The notes under the pieces are model-generated. The model was not told where the DNA came from, searched no databases, and worked only from the letters and a program-made list of their open reading frames with translations. Positions 60,642-64,000 of a stretch of 64,000 nucleotides of DNA are shown in pieces (position 1 is the stretch's first letter; each line of letters opens with the position of its first letter). The stretch is from Marsupella aquatica (lineage: Eukaryota > Plantae > Marchantiophyta). The translations under genes were made by a program, and so were the position numbers. The DNA lies in contig OZ316891.1 in assembly GCA_973895155.1 (NCBI GenBank), positions 24,675,899 to 24,739,898 on the forward strand. Direction: 5' to 3'.

Positions 60642-62992
60642 TGTGACACGGGTAATGTGTCACTTGACCAAACCCAGGTCGTAGATTAGGACTTATACGA
60701 TCATTAGGACCGTAGCCATAGCGTAGAATAGCACGTATAGCCGTCAAGTTGCCATTATGATTAGATTAGGAGTAGGTTAAGATAACCGAATAATTACGAG
60801 TTCAGGAAAGGGATTATTACGCACGACCGAGGTACGGTGGCGGCAGCGGAGTAAAAATCAGTTAGAAAAATCACGCTTGGACCGAGACGCCGACTTCAGC
60901 TCGTTATCAATGACCAAACGGCCTGACCTTCTCACGCTCGGGCTCGTCCTAGCACCTCCATAAGAGAGGAGCCGATGGCACTGCGGGCCATTCGCTCACG
61001 TTTACCTTTTTGGAATTCACGGACGCTGCCATCCGCTCGCCTTTTCGATTGAATCCAGTCGACCTTTACGAGGAAATTATCGAGGGAGAAGAGCGGAATG
61101 TGGCGAGATTTAGTCAGGATGAGCGAGGCCTCCGCAAAAAAGGACCAGCCAGGTGGGAACGTGGACGCAACGAACCGGACTACGAGGTTAGTATGACCCT
61201 CACAGCCTTGGGATTTTGGACCTTGTTTGGCGAGGTAGGTGCTAAGTTCTCCGAGACTTATTGGTACTCTTGCCCCGAGAAAGCCGCTTACGAACGAAGG
61301 TACGCGAAGCTGGTAACCAACGTAGCACTGGTTAATTGCGAAAGGACAGCCATCACCAGGGATTCTAGCTATAACGAGCTGCGAGACTACATCACCGAAC
61401 TATATCTCAGCGAGGAAGGGCTTAGATCGGTAGCAGAGGCGATTCTTGAGGTTCCAGCTAAGTTCTTTAAGCTGAAGGGCAACCAGCGGCTTACTCAAGC
61501 GGAGTTCGACAAGATTCCGGGGTACCTAGACCAGCAGATCGCAGCTGAAAAGCGCCAAGAAGACATCAACAGACAACGGGAAGCGGTGCGTAATCTCACG
61601 TTCCTCAGGGAAAGCTCCAACGCCTTCAATTGGGATATGGCTACCCCAGCGCCTCAACCGATGACCACCGGAGTACCGCCAAACCAGTCCCAAGTCCGTC
61701 CAGTAATCAACGCGGAGTGTTCTTCGGGTTCCGAGCGAGCTAGTCCGCAACTCGAACAGCGTCCTCGTAAGCGGTCAAGGACTACGACGGCCCCCGAATC
61801 AACACGGACCGACGCCACGCCTGCACCTGCCCCGGCAAACCCCCCGGCCAACCAGACCCGACGGCCCCCGGATAACCCGAAGTCCAACTTATTACAGGTA
61901 ATCCGCGTCCCCGAGGTAGTCTAGATCGCGATCAAGAAACTCGAACATGCGGACTATCTCAAGGAGCATCAGTTGGAGCGGTTCGCCCACTTACTATGGA
62001 GGCCGTGCGCCGCCGGGCCGAAGGAGATTTGTGAGTTCATCTCCAATTTTGACACTGATGCGTCAACCACCAAGGTTTCGGGGCAGACCTTATCACTCAC
62101 GGAGCATCGGTTAACGCAAATTTTTGGCCTACCAACCGGGCCGGTGCCAGTGGAAATCCGAATTCGGGATAAGGAGTATACGCCGCGGCACTTCAAACCC
62201 GAGGGTAAGACGGACAACGGATACAAGCAGGGGGCGTGCACCAACTTAACCTGTATGGAGCGGCTTAACTTCATACGGACTACCCTACACATGATTGAGC
62301 CACGATCCGAGATTTCCCTCTGCACGATAGTGCAGGTGGAACAGTACAAATGACGAAACTGGGCCCAATTCTTCTACTGAAGATTCTCGGGGGAGCTGAA
62401 GCGGGCTCAGGGTGGTATGGCTATTGGAGGGAAGACTTACTTGGGGAGTCATATCGCCATTATCCTCGCCTGGTACAAGGCACGATGGGAGGCCAGAGGA
62501 AAGAATACGGCCACCTCAGCCCCGGGTAATGACACCCCCGCCCAAGAGGAGGCAACCCCGACTACGCGGACTATTGTCCCTCGGACAAACCCCGAGTCAG
62601 AAGCCCCGACTAATACTCCGCAACCGCACCCTGCGGAAATTCCACCGCCTCCTTCCGTTGAGCCTCCGCTACCTGCAGTACAACCACCCCCAATCCCTCC
62701 ACCACCTGAAGAAACCTTCCCCTCCCCAGCGCTGACTACGGAGGAGCTCATTGCCCCTGCCGAGGAACCACCGGTACCCGAGAGGATGGAGGACTACCAA
62801 GTAGCCCCGGGGACCATGGCCTACGACCTGGTCCAGAAGTTTAGCCAGACTATGTCTGGGGAGTTGGCGACATACATCGGACAACAAGTCTCGGCGTACT
62901 TTCAGCCAGCCTTCTTCATGTTAGAGCACCAACCACGGATTGTCTGCCGCTTGGAAGAAGAACTCATGGCGAAGGGGAATGAGATCGGGCGT
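60642..62992 (+). mobile_element. Family C LTR (5' part), inserted in the family A integrase
   Basis: Starts TGTGACACG where A pol homology stops; encodes a homologue of the A/B LTR protein. Confidence 0.8.
61010..62992 (+). pseudogene. Family C LTR-encoded accessory ORF (in-frame stops; cut by the A insertion)
   Basis: ORFs 61010-61924, 61973-62353 and 62417 onward share one frame; EFISNFD...LSLTEHRLTQIFGLP...DNGY...LHMIEPRSEIS...IGGKTYLGSHI aligns with family B. Confidence 0.82.
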
Positions 62993-64000
62993 TGTGATGC
63001 CTAGACAGGAATCACTCGGCCGGTTAAGTGGGTAAAGCAGGAAGGCACCCTAGGAACACCTTAGTATAGTGACAAAACAAGGAAAATATAAACAATTAGG
63101 GGCAACCATGGAACCCGGGCCGAGGCCGGAGGTAAGGCTGAGGGTGAAAACCCGATTAGGGTTAGGGCGCGTTAAGCGTCGGCGGCTAGGAAGGATCAAC
63201 GGGAAGAAGGACCGGCAGAGGAGAGGGGTAAGGAGCGCTTGCAGGAGATGGTGGCTCATTTGCGAGCACGAACTAGGCAGACGACTACGGGAGGCCAACT
63301 ACTATCAGCTGCTTAGGCAAGCACTCGGGGAGAGAATTGATACCGACGATCGACCTAAGGAGGGTATGAGCAACGTCAATCAAGCGGCACATTTCTGGGG
63401 ATGCCTGTTCGAACGGGCAACTGAGTACATCAAGACTTACGAGGATGAGGAGTCAGAAAGGGCAGCTCGAGAACGGCAAGAGCTCGCTCGATTGTGGGAG
63501 CTGCAGAAGACGGCTTTCTTAGGAGGCGAACTCATCAAGGACGAGTTCCTGTGGACGCCTACTTCCAATCAACTCGACGATCTTCTGTTTTGCAAAGACA
63601 GCGTCGTCGGCATCCGAGAGGCCATCAAGAACTGCAACGACATACACTGGGAATTAAAGGGTAGCACGGAAAGGTGGACCCGGGCAACGGTGCTAGGAGA
63701 AACCTCCACGGCAGCAGAGATGAAGAGGAAGGGAGCCATCAACGATGAAGCCACCCCGGCAAAAAGAACAAGGTCGGCGGCACCAAAGAAGCCAGCCGAG
63801 CAGCAGAGCAGGAGGCAGGGAGAAGCCGAAGAGGAGGAGGTCGATCCCATCAAGGCCATTCCAACCAGGGATGACACCTGGAAGGGCTGGGCGGCAACCC
63901 TACCGGTGGGGGTGCAACTACATTTTGCACGGGAGGAGGATGCATGCTTTACGGCCATGCAGACCAAGAAGTACCAAGGCTTCATGGCCGGATCCGGCTT
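62993..64000 (+). mobile_element. Family A LTR, 5' part, running off the window; its ORF appears open from ATG 63108
   Basis: TGTGATGCCTAGACAGG at 62993; near-identical to 7431-8438; has CGA where element 1 has TGA. Confidence 0.93.

Overview
Eukaryotic DNA, almost certainly from a land plant (possibly a non-seed plant; this is inference). It consists essentially of nested transposable elements and contains no recognisable host gene. Three related non-chromovirus Ty3/gypsy families (called A, B and C here) dominate. A and B have giant LTRs (~4.6 and ~4.0 kb; C is incomplete here), and each LTR carries one long sense ORF (~1200 aa in A, 880 aa in B) with a shared conserved central domain; in A and B it ends in a coiled coil. 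Family A element 1 (1-12066) splits gag-PR from RT-RH-INT at a candidate -1 frameshift signal (G_GAU_UUU plus a 10-bp stem and possible pseudoknot). The complete family B element (33051-47156, TSD ACCAT) has an unbroken 2003-aa gag-pol. A CACTA transposon (31852-56035, 12-bp TIRs, TSD CTT) encodes a TnpD-type transposase, a divergent TnpA-like gene and, unusually, a SET-domain exon that can splice in frame to the same first exon as the transposase. Solo LTRs, a degenerate chromovirus-type remnant and a possible Bianca-type copia fragment fill the rest. All calls come from reading the sequence by eye; no database searches were run.
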